Positions 25,596 through 38,898 of a stretch of DNA of 64,000 bases are shown in pieces. Position 1 is the stretch's first letter. Each line of letters opens with the position of its first letter. The DNA comes from Octopus vulgaris (lineage: Eukaryota), in the NCBI GenBank assembly GCA_951406725.2, contig OX597817.1, positions 108,562,001 through 108,626,000 on the forward strand, given 5' to 3'. The notes under the pieces are model-generated. The model worked only from the letters and a program-made list of their open reading frames with translations. It did not search any database and had not been told where the DNA came from. The translations under genes and the position numbers were made by a program.

Positions 25596-26174
25596 ACAAT
25601 TTAGCTAGGTGTAAAATTCACCTGGGGAATATTAAATATCCGAAGAAGTTACTGGTTTATATTACCTATATCAATAACAATGTTATTCTAATAGGTAAAT
25701 AAAATGTTTGTATAAAATATGTAAATTGAATTGAATTTCTAATTGAACTTCTAATTGTTCAATTTATTGTTTTGTTTATTATATATATATGTATATATGC
25801 ATATATGCTGAGGAACCGACTTGGAGAGTTTAGACGATCAAAGCCAGCATAGGGTTTACTTTTACAACTACTACTTATAATGACCTTTTCTCCTTTTCTC
25901 GAAACGCTAAGTTGCAAGGCTGTAAAGAAACCGACAACAGATATCAAACACACCCATACACACTCAAAACAAACTAAAAAAAACTAAGAAACACACACAT
26001 ACACTCACACAAGCTAAGAAAAATAAACCTCTGAATAACCTTTTCCATGGATTTGAATAACAAAGATGACTAAAAGTATATTAAGTACCATTTAAGACAT
26101 ACTCTTATTTTTGGAAATTATCTTCAGTTTCAGAGAAGATAAAGTATTCGTCTAGTGGCAATTGGAAACAACTC

Positions 26175-26580
26175 CGATAGCTGTGTGGTAAGAAGCTTGC
26201 TTCCCAACAACATGGTTCCGGCTTCAGTTCTACTGTATGGCAACTTGTGTGAGTGTTTTCTACTCTAGCGTCGGGCCAACATAGTTCTTCTGAGTGGATT
26301 TGGTAGACGGCAACTGAAAGAATCCTGTCGTATATATATATGTATGTATGCATGTGTGTATGTGTGTTTGTAATTGTGTTTGTCTCTCCCCACCATTTGG
26401 CAAGCGGCGTTGGTTTATTTGCGTCCTCGTAACGTAGCTGTTCGTCAAAAGAGACCGATGGAATAAGTACCAGGCTTATGATTTAAGTACTGGTGTCGAT
26501 TCATTCGACTAAAAATTCAAGGCGGTGCCCCAGCATGATTGCAGCCAAATGACTGAAGCAATTAAAAAGTAAAAAAGAAA
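26175..26580 (+). mobile_element. SINE family A
   Basis: gctgtgtggtaagaagcttgcttcccaa head; tail ggcggtgccccagcatg...aatgactgaa. Confidence 0.85.
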
Positions 26581-28499
26581 AAAATAGAAAAATACTCTCA
26601 AGAATCAAGAATTTCTTCGTAAGAGAGATTCCTTTAACGGAAAGTCTGATTTGCTGGATACAAAAGGACAACCTTAGACACGTGTTTCTATCTTGATAAT
26701 TGTCATTAGAAAAGTAATTATCCTAATCTGACTCTAGCAGATGAATGATGCAGGCACATATAAAATGAGTACAAAATATTTTTGTCCTGTGGATGTCAAT
26801 AAATTGAAAATTATCTTGTCGGATATTTCAAGTACCTTTATTCGCGTTTGTAGTTGGGAACCAAGAGTTATTTCTCTTACCTCACCTTTTGTTATAACTA
26901 TGCAAATTACTTAAACTCTTTGGTATTAGCATTTTTTGCACTTACAAGTGATTAAAAGAGAGAAGAATATTTACGAAATATGAGGAAGATAGTAATATGA
27001 AATCCTCTGTGTTAGATACCTTTACGTAGGGGAATATTCCATTAACGTATAAACTACATGGAAGGAATTAATTTTGGACTATGTAAGAATAATCTTAGCA
27101 AACATCCATCATCACTGTCATCTTTTATTCGATATATCTATACTAAATCAAATTATCTGTTGATATTTATACTTCAAAGAGAAATGGATTTAACTTAGAT
27201 ATTTAGACTCTGAACTAGATATTTAATATCATCATATTCTGTTTTCAATTGATTTTCAAGTGGGTCACCTTTTCCTTTTATCCCTTCAGTGCCGATAAAA
27301 TAAATGCTGGTGATACATTGGCCTGATGCAATTGACCATTCACTTCTCAAATATACCAAAGGCTGAATTAGGAGAAAAAATCTACAACCCAGAATGGAAA
27401 CTATTTCCAGTTCAATCAACAGGAAAACTTGCTTTCTATTCACGTATTTTAGGAGAGCTGAGTGAAACTGTGAATTGGCTTCAATCAGGAGTCAAATCTC
27501 GCTAATGAACTTGAATTTACAGGGTTCTCTTCCGTCACAGGTTTTGTTACATACATATAACTCTGAATTTTTATTTAAGCTCAAATCAATACATTTGACG
27601 AATGAGGATTGTGAATATGGAATTTTCGTGGTATTCTTTGATGAATTTGCCTCATCAGTGAAGCTGGTTTCGACTGAGCATGTACCTATCATACCAATCC
27701 TTGTAAATCTGAATACAAGTGTCTTGAGTGCTTTGCTAATTGTTGCTCTGAACTTAAATATTGTTTATTAAAAGCTTAATTCATGTTTACAATTATACAA
27801 CTGTTATTACCACCGAAGACACTAGAATCAGCGGTTTTTAGAGACTGAGCGATCGAGAATTTATAAGTATCATTTAATCTATTATAATTAATCAAAAGAC
27901 AGAGTGCCGAACTAAATTCATCACAATAATTCCTTTTGTCCTTTTTCATTTCTACCACAAATCCTGCTGGATCTAACATGATCTTTCATCTGGTTACGGT
28001 CAATGAAGTAGGTAAGAATAGTTTAATGTTGATGCAATCGATTATTTCCTGCATCTGTAAGAAAATGATAGGTTTAAAGAAATCAGTTTATTATACTAGC
28101 AATAACTCAAGCTAATATGAGATAAAAAATAAAATTGTGTGCCGATTCTGTCATCCAGACAGAAGAACAGTAAACCACGCGAAATATCTGGAACCATTGA
28201 CATAGTTTTAACACATTAGTAATTGACTTACGGGTGAATAAATTTCGATTTTAAATAAAAATGACATTAATGGATATAATCCAAAAATATAATTTATAAT
28301 CCATATTCCCCAAAATTTGATTAACTAAGCTTCATATACTGTCAATTTTCTTCTTACTTTAAAACTTCTTATATGTTAAAATGATAATTTGACAGTGTGA
28401 CGTTAATGGAAGACTTTGAAAGAATGGGCGTAAAAGGTTTGAATTGATGGATATGCTTTGAAGCCATCAAAATAAATGCTTACAAATATAGTTTCCTTT

Positions 28500-28743
28500 C
28501 TATTTATTTCTTATTTCTTTACTGCCCACAAGGGGCTACATACAGAGGGGACAAACAAGGACAGACAAACGGATTAAGTTGATTTGATTGACCCCAGTGC
28601 GTAACTGGTACTTATTTAATCGACCCCGAAAGGATGAAAGGCAAAGTCGACATCGGCGGAATTTGAACTCAGAACGTAGCGGCAGACGAAATATCGCTAA
28701 GCATTTCACCCGGCGCGCAAACGATTCTGCCAGCTCACCGCCT
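28500..28743 (-). mobile_element. SINE family B monomer
   Basis: Reverse complement of 7778-8008. Confidence 0.85.
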
Positions 28744-30734
28744 TTTCCTTTCTATTTATTTCATTAAGTCTATTTTATATAATCATTTAATTCATTAAAA
28801 TCATTTAATTCATTAAAATTATCAGGCATTTATTTAGTTCCCAAATTTGTAGTATCTGAAGATCTGCTTCTAAAGAACTACCCATGCGATTATAAGAGTA
28901 CATTTATTCACTGAATTTATAAATGTAATTGAAAAGTTCTTTCTTCTAAAGTACGATGTACTTAATGCAATTACTGATAACGAAACCTTTAATAAGTAGT
29001 ATTTTAAATATGCTCCCCAGATTGTCCTTTTCCATAAGCGTTGATGGTTTTGATTGAACACAATTCCATTTCTAGAGAAGGGGCAAATGAACTTGTTTCT
29101 CTTTTTGGAGGCGTTAGCGTCATAAGTGAAGTGAAAGAGATTCAACTAGTACACAATTAATATGGTGTCCCGGTTTGCCGAGAGCATATTTATTACACAC
29201 ATTTTCCTTTTCAATGAAAAATATTGAGAAAGAAAGGAAGTATATGTTTTAATACATCTAGTTCGGTGTCCTTCAAATCTGATATGATAATTAATCAGAT
29301 ATTCCTTGAGTTACACATGGAAAAATCTATGATTACACTTATTTGTGTTCAATGTATCATGACTGTTGCTATTCTAGTATATTAGATCTCTGTAAGAGAA
29401 TAATTTCTTACTAAAAAGCAGTATTATAGTCATAACATACAACGCTGGTATTTTCAATTACTAACAATACATTTAGAGTGGGGACGCTGTTGAAAAAGAG
29501 CCAAAGTATTTCTAATTTTAATGAACAGTTGGAGAGCACATATCAATTGATTTTAACACAGTTGATTTTAATACGTGTGTTCGTGTCAACAGTTCAAATA
29601 ATAAATAGGCTTCGTATGCTATAGCAATTTCCCCACTATTTTATGAATTCCTATATTTCATAATGACATTTTAACGACATTACATTAAGAATTGTACCTT
29701 ATATATCACTATACAATCACTTCTAAAAAGAAAGTTTGAATTTCATGGACACTGCGTGAAAACAAATTTTATGGGCAGAGTTATAGAATATTGATATTTA
29801 CTCTGTATTTCATTAAAAATACTGATTTTCTTGTCTTAATATAGTTTGGAAATCTAATGATGAACACTCTCTGAGAATTCTCTGAAATTCTCCCAAATTT
29901 ATAGCAATTATATTGGTGAAAATATCATTTTTCAGAGGCTAAGCTTCGTTGTAATGAAGGAAACATGCTATGATAATGATCTGCAATGTCATTTACTAAA
30001 AAACGCAAAGAATCTTTTTCTAGAATATTTGATATGTAAAACTTGTAGCCATAGACATTAACTGTTATGTTACGAATTATTTTACCTAATTATATAACTT
30101 AAAGCAGAATATGAAAGATTGTAAAATTTACCATTTTTGTCACTATTGGATTATTTTATCATTTTGTAAGTATTGTTTTAATAGCTGAACGCCTGGATTA
30201 CGATAGCCAGTTAATCACTTCATAATATCGCCACCACCAGTCCTCTACCACTCCCATCATTCTCACTGTTTTCGTCTCTCTTTCTCTTGTTAGCAGAATA
30301 GGCCACCTGAAGGGGCTAGAAAAGGAGCGCTCGCATCACAGCTCGACCAATCCTTTAATTTCCCACTCTCTTGATAAGGCAACAAAAAAATAATAAAGAT
30401 TCTATATGTTACCATGGTGTTTGTGAGACTATTGCATAACTAACTCCGAGAAATTAGTTTGCTTAGAGGGATAAACGTTTTTGATACCATTCAGCATTAC
30501 TATCAGTGTAAGCATTAAATGAAATTGTAGAAGGAATCCAAGAAATGATGAACAGATTATTTGAAAAGAAATAGCGTAGGTACTGGTTGTTTTGTTAAAG
30601 ATATGAAGAAAGCATTTTCATATCCAGTTTTAATAGGTTTCATCTGAATATCATACGTATATGTAATGATCAACAACATTAATTGTAACTACTTCTAGGA
30701 GAACTATAGACTATAGCTAAGATAGGAAGGTAGA

Positions 30735-30931
30735 TATCGTCGTCGAAGTTGTCCTTATCATCGCAATCGTCGCCTTCGTTACCATCGTCACCATCGTCGC
30801 CATCATCGCCATTGTCGTCGTCGCCATCACCGTCATCGTCGTCGTCGTCGTCATCGTCGTAATAATCATCATAATCATCATCATCATAGTCGTCCTCGTC
30901 GTTGCCATCATCATCATCATCATCATCATCA
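30735..30931. repeat. Degenerate (CAT/CGT)n trinucleotide tract
   Basis: Read directly from the sequence. Confidence 0.85.
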
Positions 30932-33689
30932 AAAATAGTGTCTCCGATGACGTCTGCAAAAAGAAACGCAGAGTGATTGATTCCACTTTTTTCTTTTCCA
31001 AGTCGACCATGATAAGTTAAAATATTGAGTGCTGTAACGACCATACCTTTCTCAGTCTCCCATTAGGGATGTAACAAAGAAACAGATCAATTGCACATTG
31101 ATACTCTATCATAGGTAATTCCTTGTTTTTGTGCATTACGAGGAGGGCGATTCAATGCAGCATTACAGGGACTACATATAATCAAATCGAAAAGATGACA
31201 AGACTTCCTCGTGGTTGGTAGTTTAAAAGATGAGCCAAACATCTCCGAAATCATACCCTAACGCCTTTAAGCTACCGTGAAAAACACAGTCCTTAATGTA
31301 GAAAATATTGGTGTTTGGGCTATTCTTGCACTACGTACATGACAGTTAGAGGCACAAATTATGAAATATCCAAGCCTTAAATTTTCAACATTAACAAGAA
31401 TTGTATTGATTCATTTTCTGCTGTTAAGTTTAACTACTCAGACAAGCCTTAAACAAATAAATAAATAAATAAAAAATACCTGAAATGTTTGTTGAACTTT
31501 TTGAAGAGGAGTCAAAAAGTGTAATGTATGTGACAATGCACGACTAACGTTTTCTGACATGAAAATATTAACTGCTAATTCCTCTGATTTTTTTTTACAA
31601 AACAGCATAAAGTGTCTCATGATGTTTATTTACATTGACTTTGAAATTGAAAGAAAAAACAAGCAAAAAAGGCAAAAACAAAGAAAAAAACCAATAGTAT
31701 GTTAATGATTTTGTTGGACAATTCTCATTTTGCTGGTGTGACGTACGTGACATTTTAAAGAGAAATATTTTCTGTATCTTGCAAATAACGTAGATCGGGA
31801 AGACCTTATATCAACATCGATATCAAAAATAAACCATTTCTAATATGTAGTAATTATTCTGGGCATTCTAAAAAAATAGCTTGGGACCCTGTCTTAGCAC
31901 TGTAGTACCTGAAACACTGAAAGACGGAATGGCTGCAGCTGGAACGCCTTTGATCATAAATATGCTCGATCAAGCATAACCTTGTACTGAATAGCGACAA
32001 CAAAAACAGCAGCAGCAGCAGAAGCAGCAACTACAACAGTAGTAACAACAAGAGTAGAAACAACAGCAGTTGCAACAACAAGAACAACAGAAACAAACAA
32101 CAGCTGCAATATCAACAGCAACTTCTAAGGCATCTTCAACACAATCACGTCACAAAAAAGTACAGCAAACTATTCTACCTGGCATTCTATGTTTCTATCG
32201 AGGCATCATACGTTGAACCATGTGATTCACTCAGTTTTAAAATAATTAAATCGAAGTTTTGACATACAAAATCCAAAAAATTAAATACAATTTTAACTTG
32301 GAATATTAGAATTGTAACAATCACAGTTCTGTGTCAATACGTAGCTACTTCGTTAGTACGCAAGTGGATGCGGACCGTTGGACTTGCTAGAAATTATAAC
32401 AAAACCTCCACCATATCACATTTTACCGTCTTATAAAGAAAAAGGTACATTAAATTATATAGTCCTTGCTTTGAAGTGTGACACGAGCGAACGAGATTAT
32501 TAGATCAGAGCTTTTTCCAATTTATTAATCCTATAAAGCCTTAGCTTTTGAATACAGGAGATCATGGCTGGAATGTTAATGATCATAGGTCTGCTTAATA
32601 GGGTTGGCCTGGGGTTACACAGCAACAGGAGTTATTTTAGGACTGTGAGTACATCTTGACAAGTCTGCTTAGATAATACTATGAAAGGTAAGTAGCTACA
32701 GTAAGTCAAACTTCATTGTTTGGCCAATTGTTTGTTTCTTGATTAATGATTTTTCAGGAACCCACACAACATGTTACATGAATGCGATGTGTACCTTAGA
32801 TGTACTATCTCTAATTAGGAAGCTATGCACTAATGCATCCAAGAACTGTAGACCCAAACATTTCCTGCTTTGCTTCTTCTGCCTGGCTATACTCCAAAGT
32901 AAATGTTTTCTTTCTAAATTTTGCCGTATCTCCGATCAACAAACTTCGAATTTATAATCAGCAGTCAATACTTGGTCAACAAAGCTACAACTTACTTCTA
33001 CTCTTCATTTCGAATCTTCATCGCCTCTCAATACAAACATTATCTGGAATACAATTAACTGAATAATTATTCTATGCATTCATTTACAATGAGGTTTGTG
33101 TTCCATGCAGGGGTGCGTATTTATTAAATGTTGAAACGATTGCTGCTTAATATTAGAACGGTCTATCCTTAATATGAATATTTTAAAGCCTGTTGCTTTT
33201 AAATATTTGAGGATTTAACACTTATTCTAAATAGAAAGGTTAAAGATATTGTCTTCTCAAAAGCTCCGGTCAATAACCTTTAATCTCTGGTTTTCTTCAC
33301 TTAAAGTTTTAGAGCAGGCTCTTTATGGGTTCTTTTAGTTTCCAACTGAAAACAATTTTCAAATTCATTGCTGTTTAAATTGATTTCTGTAGATTAAACA
33401 TTAATCATTTTTCAATTGTTTCTAGTTGTTATTCAGAAACATATTGTCAATTAGAACATAACATATTCATAGGATGGGTTTCATGTAGTGTACAGTATAT
33501 TTTGATTCACACATACATCAATGGGAAAGTTGCAACAACGCAGTTCCTGTGACTGTAAAATGTTTCGGGCTGATATTCAGATCAGAACAGAAAGTGGAGA
33601 CGAGTGAAGGCTGTCTGAAGGTTGCAGAGTCGAGACTAAGACACAGAACTATCATGGGTGTTGTACCTTGTGGAAAAGATAACTAGGGT

Positions 33690-34730
33690 TGTACCACAAC
33701 ACATCACAATGATAAGCTGCAAGGAAAGATTAATGAACCGGAATGAGGTTCGAACATCGATTAAAAAGGAACGAGCCACTATGAGTGTTCAGACGAGTAC
33801 CAGGGAAATTGGTTAAGATACAACTAAGAGCTGGTACTCAAAGTCTTATGGCCTGACATTCTGAGAGCAGAACGTCTTTGAAAAAACTCCTAATCCTGAC
33901 ATTTTAAGATGTTCCACCAAACCTATCCAACTTATGTTGTGGAGAGTTAGAGTCAGCTGCCTGCTCCGGTGCTTGAGGAGAAAAACTCTGGCGTACATCC
34001 TCAGTATCTGTAGAAAAGCCCTGGGAAAGGAACGTTATATCTGGAGGCATGATCAGGCCTTGAAAGTTATAGGTGACACCATCTGAAGTGGCATTAGCCA
34101 TTGAAAGTGCCTCCGCATAGCAAAAAAAAAATCTGTCACCTCTGTCGAGGCTGGCTGGGAAAAGGTACAAGCTGTCAAGTTCTCTTCCACGAGCCTACTT
34201 ACAACGGTAAAATATTGGGAGCTGAAAGTTTATGTGGTGAAGTAACTTAACTTTCCAGAAACTACAGCATCAAGATTAAGCTCATGTGTGGTGCTAATAT
34301 CAGAAGCATCCAAGACGGTGCGTTTTGTTAGAACTCCCCACTTTCAGGGAAAATCGTATTGAGGAGGTGAATAAGAGACGGAAATATGTTGAGGGGGGGG
34401 GGTATTCCAAAACAATCGGTGGAGAGTAAGGTGTGATCCCATTGAGGGGGAATACAGGTACGCTTCTTTGATGAACTTGTAGCATGCTGGGAATCACAGC
34501 AGGTATGAGCGTATCAATATTACTATAGAATTAGCGGAGAGTGCCTCAAGGCGGCTTTGGACCAGACGGTGGTATCCCTGGAATGGGTAGTACTACAAAG
34601 CGTTGTGTTAAATGAACACAAGCAGGAGTTTTATCAACCATGGTTAGGCAGCCTGAATGAGGGTATCTAATTGTTGAAAGATCTGAAACACTTAATTAAC
34701 CCCAAGAACCATCATTGCTGGTGTGTCCGG
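33690..34730 (+). mobile_element. Old Hero-like RLE non-LTR retrotransposon, 3' fragment
   Basis: Remnants QGNW, RYIWRHDQAL, ENRIEE collinear with the younger copy at 44600-46205; many stops. Confidence 0.7.
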
Positions 34731-35029
34731 TTGATGTATTTAAAAAATCTTATATATTCTTTCCAATGAATAGCCTAGTATCTTATTTATTTTAATAGAA
34801 GTGCACATATCTTCACAAAGATGTCAATTAGTTACAATTAAATTGAAGCAAATTAATCATTAGAAACCATTAGAAACAGGTGAAATTCGTGCAATTTCCT
34901 AAATTTAGGAAATAATTAATTATCGTACAGGCAGTCGATTGCATGATTTATTTACTAAAGCTACAATCACTTTGATCCCTTCAGTAGTCCCTTACACGTT
35001 GCTGCTTGAAAATGCAGGGAACGACATTA

Positions 35030-35360
35030 CTCTATGGTTACGAAGCTTGCTTTCAAGTTCAGTTCCGTTGCACGGTATCTTAGGCAAGTGTCTTCTACAA
35101 TGACCCGGGTTGACCAATGCCTTTTGGGTGAATTTGTTGGACGGAAACTGCGTGGGAGCCCATCGGGTATATATATATTTATACCCAGAATATATGGGTG
35201 TTCGTTACACAGAATCACTTGAAACAGTTTATTTACGTTCCTGTAACTTAGTGGTTGCGCTAAGAAGACTGACAGAACGAGTATCAGACTTTTAGAAAAA
35301 TAAGTTTGTGCCTCAACATGGCTACTGTTCAATGGCCGAAATGCGTAAAAGTAAAAGTAA
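35030..35360 (+). mobile_element. Degenerate SINE family A
   Basis: ggcaagtgtcttctac, gacggaaactg, gtaacttagtggtt. Confidence 0.65.
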
Positions 35361-35596
35361 TAATACAGATGAAACCTTTGAATACTTTCCGCAAGATTGT
35401 TTTGGGAGACAACATCCCATGTTAATGATAGTTTCTGTCATAGACAGAAGTTAGCAACTTGCAAGAAATTTTAAGAACGATATATTTTACTATTTCTAGC
35501 TATAGCAAAAGATTATATATTTGTCACACATGGCATTGAAAAGTAACATCGATTTGAAATCGAACCTTTGGTTACAAGAAAATGTGCTGTTCTTCT

Positions 35597-35900
35597 TAAG
35601 GGTATTCGGCTCACGATCGTAAGGTTGTGATTTCAATGCCCGGGGGTGCGTTGGGTCCTTGAGCAAGACACTTTATTTCACGTTGCTGCTGTCCAATCAG
35701 CTGGCTAAAATGAGTCGTGCCTGTAATTGGAAGGACCGGCCTTATCACATCGTGTGCCACACTTAATCATCCCGAGAACTACATTAACAGTACGTGCTTC
35801 TCTGGAGTACTCATCCATTTGCTTGTTAATTCATGAGCAGACTGTTTCGTTGATCGGATCAACCGGAACACTCGTCGTCGTAACTGACGGAGTGTCAGTT
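35597..35900 (+). mobile_element. tRNA/CORE-like SINE
   Basis: gtccttgagcaagacactttatttcacgttgct core; tail ctcgtcgtcgtaactgacggagtg. Confidence 0.75.
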
Positions 35901-36749
35901 TTACTACAAACTGCACATTACCTATTTTTCAGGACTGATCTGACACTGTTCTTTAAGTTTTCTGTAGGAAAGTCAAAATCCTGTAATGACCAACGATCAT
36001 GCAGGCCCGCAATGCCAATACGTATTTTGGTTTGCTTACTGAGACTATGGTATGTTCGTTGAAGTTATACTCCTAAACTAAATTAGCCTGTTGAATACAA
36101 ATTTAAATAACGAGACTATTCGCATAATGCAAACTTATATAACAATAATAAATTTGTATTTAAAGGAAGGATTAAATTAGTCAAGAATTTAGAATTATCA
36201 AAGAAATACCACATTACATAGAAACAGTAATATTATATTCTGTCAGTTATAGAAGTGTTAGCTGTCTGTCAAGCTTTTAAAGAAAGGTATTCTTGCTGCA
36301 CCAGATATTTCATGTGCAAATTTTACTTTTTGTAACAATGTAAACGTTAGAACCAAACACAATCTGAGGTACAGTTGGGGTGTCCCTATAATGATGTCCC
36401 TATAATAATCCGTTGATGATTAAATATTAGATATTGGCGCGTTCCTCTGGTCAGTCCTAATTGAAGAGGTTTATGGCAATTCAGTCGAATGACTACGTGC
36501 AACCCACGAATCTATTGCTTTAGAAGCATCCTGTTTCCATTATCCAGATCCATGCACCACAGTCCGATTTGTAGCGATGAATTTTGAACGTCTGGGCTCG
36601 TCCTTAGTCCATTGTCTATTATCCAGTCTATTCCTATATGGACGTAGGTTCAGAGTATTGCCATAGCGGAGAACAAGGGGAACTTGGTCAGGTTATTCTA
36701 ATTATTGGAGTTATTCTAAGATATCTTGTGCACATGGAAGTCTTCTACA

Positions 36750-37320
36750 GTAATAGTGTTTGGTGATACAGTTGTGGTGTTAGTTTGGTAGAAATCTCAG
36801 TGAAGTTGGTAATGGTTAGCAGTATGTTGTTTCCCAATATTGAAAGTGTGTCATTTCATGTTTTATGTGCTGTATGCATAAATTTGTGTAAGAAATTGCT
36901 ATTAAAGTTTGGCCTACATAACCATATCAAGATTTTGAAGGACCTTGTACTGAACATATATTCTTTTGTTCATGTAACAATACTAAGTGAATTTTATGGG
37001 TGATGATATATTTTAAAGTTTATGGAAATAATTTCTAGGCTGACCGTGTTGCTGCATGTTCCACTTATAAATGGTGAGGTAATATACATTGATTATTTTG
37101 TTGTAGTGTATTTTGTGAGTGATGTTCTTTGATTTTAATGTTTATTACTTGGGTTGGCATTGTTGTAGAATATGCAGTGACAATATTGTTGTACATACAT
37201 ACTTTAAAACGACGATATTGGCAGCACTTCCACTTTCTGTAAATTGTAAATTTTCGAATGCTTTTTCAATGTTCTTATCCGTTTTGTGCGAAAGTATTGC
37301 TTATAAATTTTTCAAATGCT
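36750..37320 (-). mobile_element. Highly decayed Penelope-like (GIY-YIG region) remnant
   Basis: Minus strand YGYVGQT and NNIVTAYS pieces; TG-rich strand bias like the other PLE fragments. Confidence 0.4.
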
Positions 37321-37410
37321 AGTTATTGATCCTATTGCCGTTCTGTGCGCATTTTTTCAGTTGAAATTTTATCGTTTGGGCAAAATTCCACCCTGTGATA
37401 AGTTCATTCT

Positions 37411-37670
37411 TTCTAACATTATTTACATTATTTATATTTGACTGATATTTGTCCTCATCTTGTTTCTTAACACAACACTTCGGCTGATATACCCTCCAGC
37501 CTTCATCAGGTGTCTTGGGGAAATTTCGAACCTGGGTTCTCATTCCTAAGGTATTTTTCGATGTTGTTGTTGTTATTATTATTATTATTATTGTTGTTGT
37601 TGTTGTTGTTGTTGTTGTTATTATTATTATTATTATTCAGGTCACTACCTGAAAATCAAACTCGGAATAG
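37411..37670 (-). mobile_element. Short non-coding repeat with hammerhead core, copy A
   Basis: Minus strand gacac-CTGATGA-aggctg...cagcc-GAAGTGTT-gtgtt at 37469-37514; inverted copy at 37672-38898. Confidence 0.8.
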
Positions 37671-37671
37671 C

Positions 37672-37677
37672 TAGCGA

Positions 37678-37740
<63 letters not shown>

Positions 37741-38671
37741 TAATAATAATAATGCTTTTTTATTAACATCAAATGACTACCATACAAGATAGAAATACAA
37801 GTTTTCATATGTGCAATCACTATCAGTACACCTCACTAACATCAAAAGAATGCGTCTGAAAATATGGAGAAATAGAAGGAATTTTAGAGAAGCTTAGGAC
37901 TCAAAGCAGAGACAGAGGGATTTTTAATTGCAGCACAAGACCAAAGCCTCCCCACCAGAAATTACCAAAAACATGTAATGAAAAGAAATATAACAAGTAA
38001 CTGCAGAATATGTGGAGATGGACACGAAACAATAAATCATATTATCTCTGACTGCCCAGTCCTGGCTAAAAAGGAATATATTCACAGACACGACAGAGTT
38101 AGGACCTACATACACTGGAAGCTATGCCAACATTATGGAATAACAACAGAAAAAAGATGGTATAGGCACACACCAGAAAATGTCACAGAAAACGAGAAAG
38201 CAACCATACTCTGGGATATGCCAATACACACAGATAGAGAAATTAAGGCCAACAGACCAGATATAGTTGTCAGAGATCGTGAAGAAAAAAATGCTTTCTA
38301 ATTGATGTATCAATACCAGCAGATGACAACGTGTCTCTAAAAGAAATGGAGAAACTTTCAAAATACAAAGACCTGGAAATAGAGGTAACCAGAATGTGGA
38401 ATCTAAAAACAGAAACAATTCCTATCATAGTAGGTGCATCAGACATGATAAAAAATTATTCAGACAAATGCATAACGAAAACACCAGGACTTACAAACAC
38501 ATATGACATACAGAAAATTGCACTACTAGGCACTGCATACATCCTACGCAGAACACTTTCAATACAGTAACCATCAGAGCATCACAACAAATCACATCAC
38601 ATACCCAAGGCACACAGAGCTGCACTCGGTAGTGAAGTGAAAGCACGTTATAAAAATAAAACTACTGAATG

Positions 38672-38732
<61 letters not shown>

Positions 38733-38898
38733 TAATAATAACATCGAAAAATACCTCAGGAATGAGAATCCAAGACACCTGATAAAGGCTGGAGGATATA
38801 TCAGCCGAAACGTTGTGTTAACAACAAAGAAGATGGGGACAAATATCCGTCAAATGTAAATAATGTACATAATTCCTCATCTCTTAAATATAGCACTG
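37672..38898 (+). mobile_element. Same repeat, copy B, interrupted within its (AAT)n tract by an R4/Dong LINE
   Basis: gacctgaataat(aat)n ... (aat)n aacatcgaaaaatacctcaggaatgagaa; hammerhead core at 38774-38819. Confidence 0.8.
37888..38670 (+). mobile_element. R4/Dong-like RLE non-LTR retrotransposon, 3' fragment
   Basis: AETEGFLIAAQDQ, CCHC knuckle CRICGDGHETINHIISDC, RHD, RPDIVV, KYKDL; frameshift near 38290; (AAT)n tail. Confidence 0.9.

Noticed and set aside
30679-31044. Poly-Asp ORF resembling an acidic biomineralisation protein
   Set aside because: It coincides with a degenerate trinucleotide microsatellite; no signal peptide or clear gene structure.
21510-33043. In-frame TGA stops in protein-like frames as selenocysteine or A-to-I recoding
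   Set aside because: No SECIS or homology seen, and TAA/TAG stops also occur; chance or decay is simpler.
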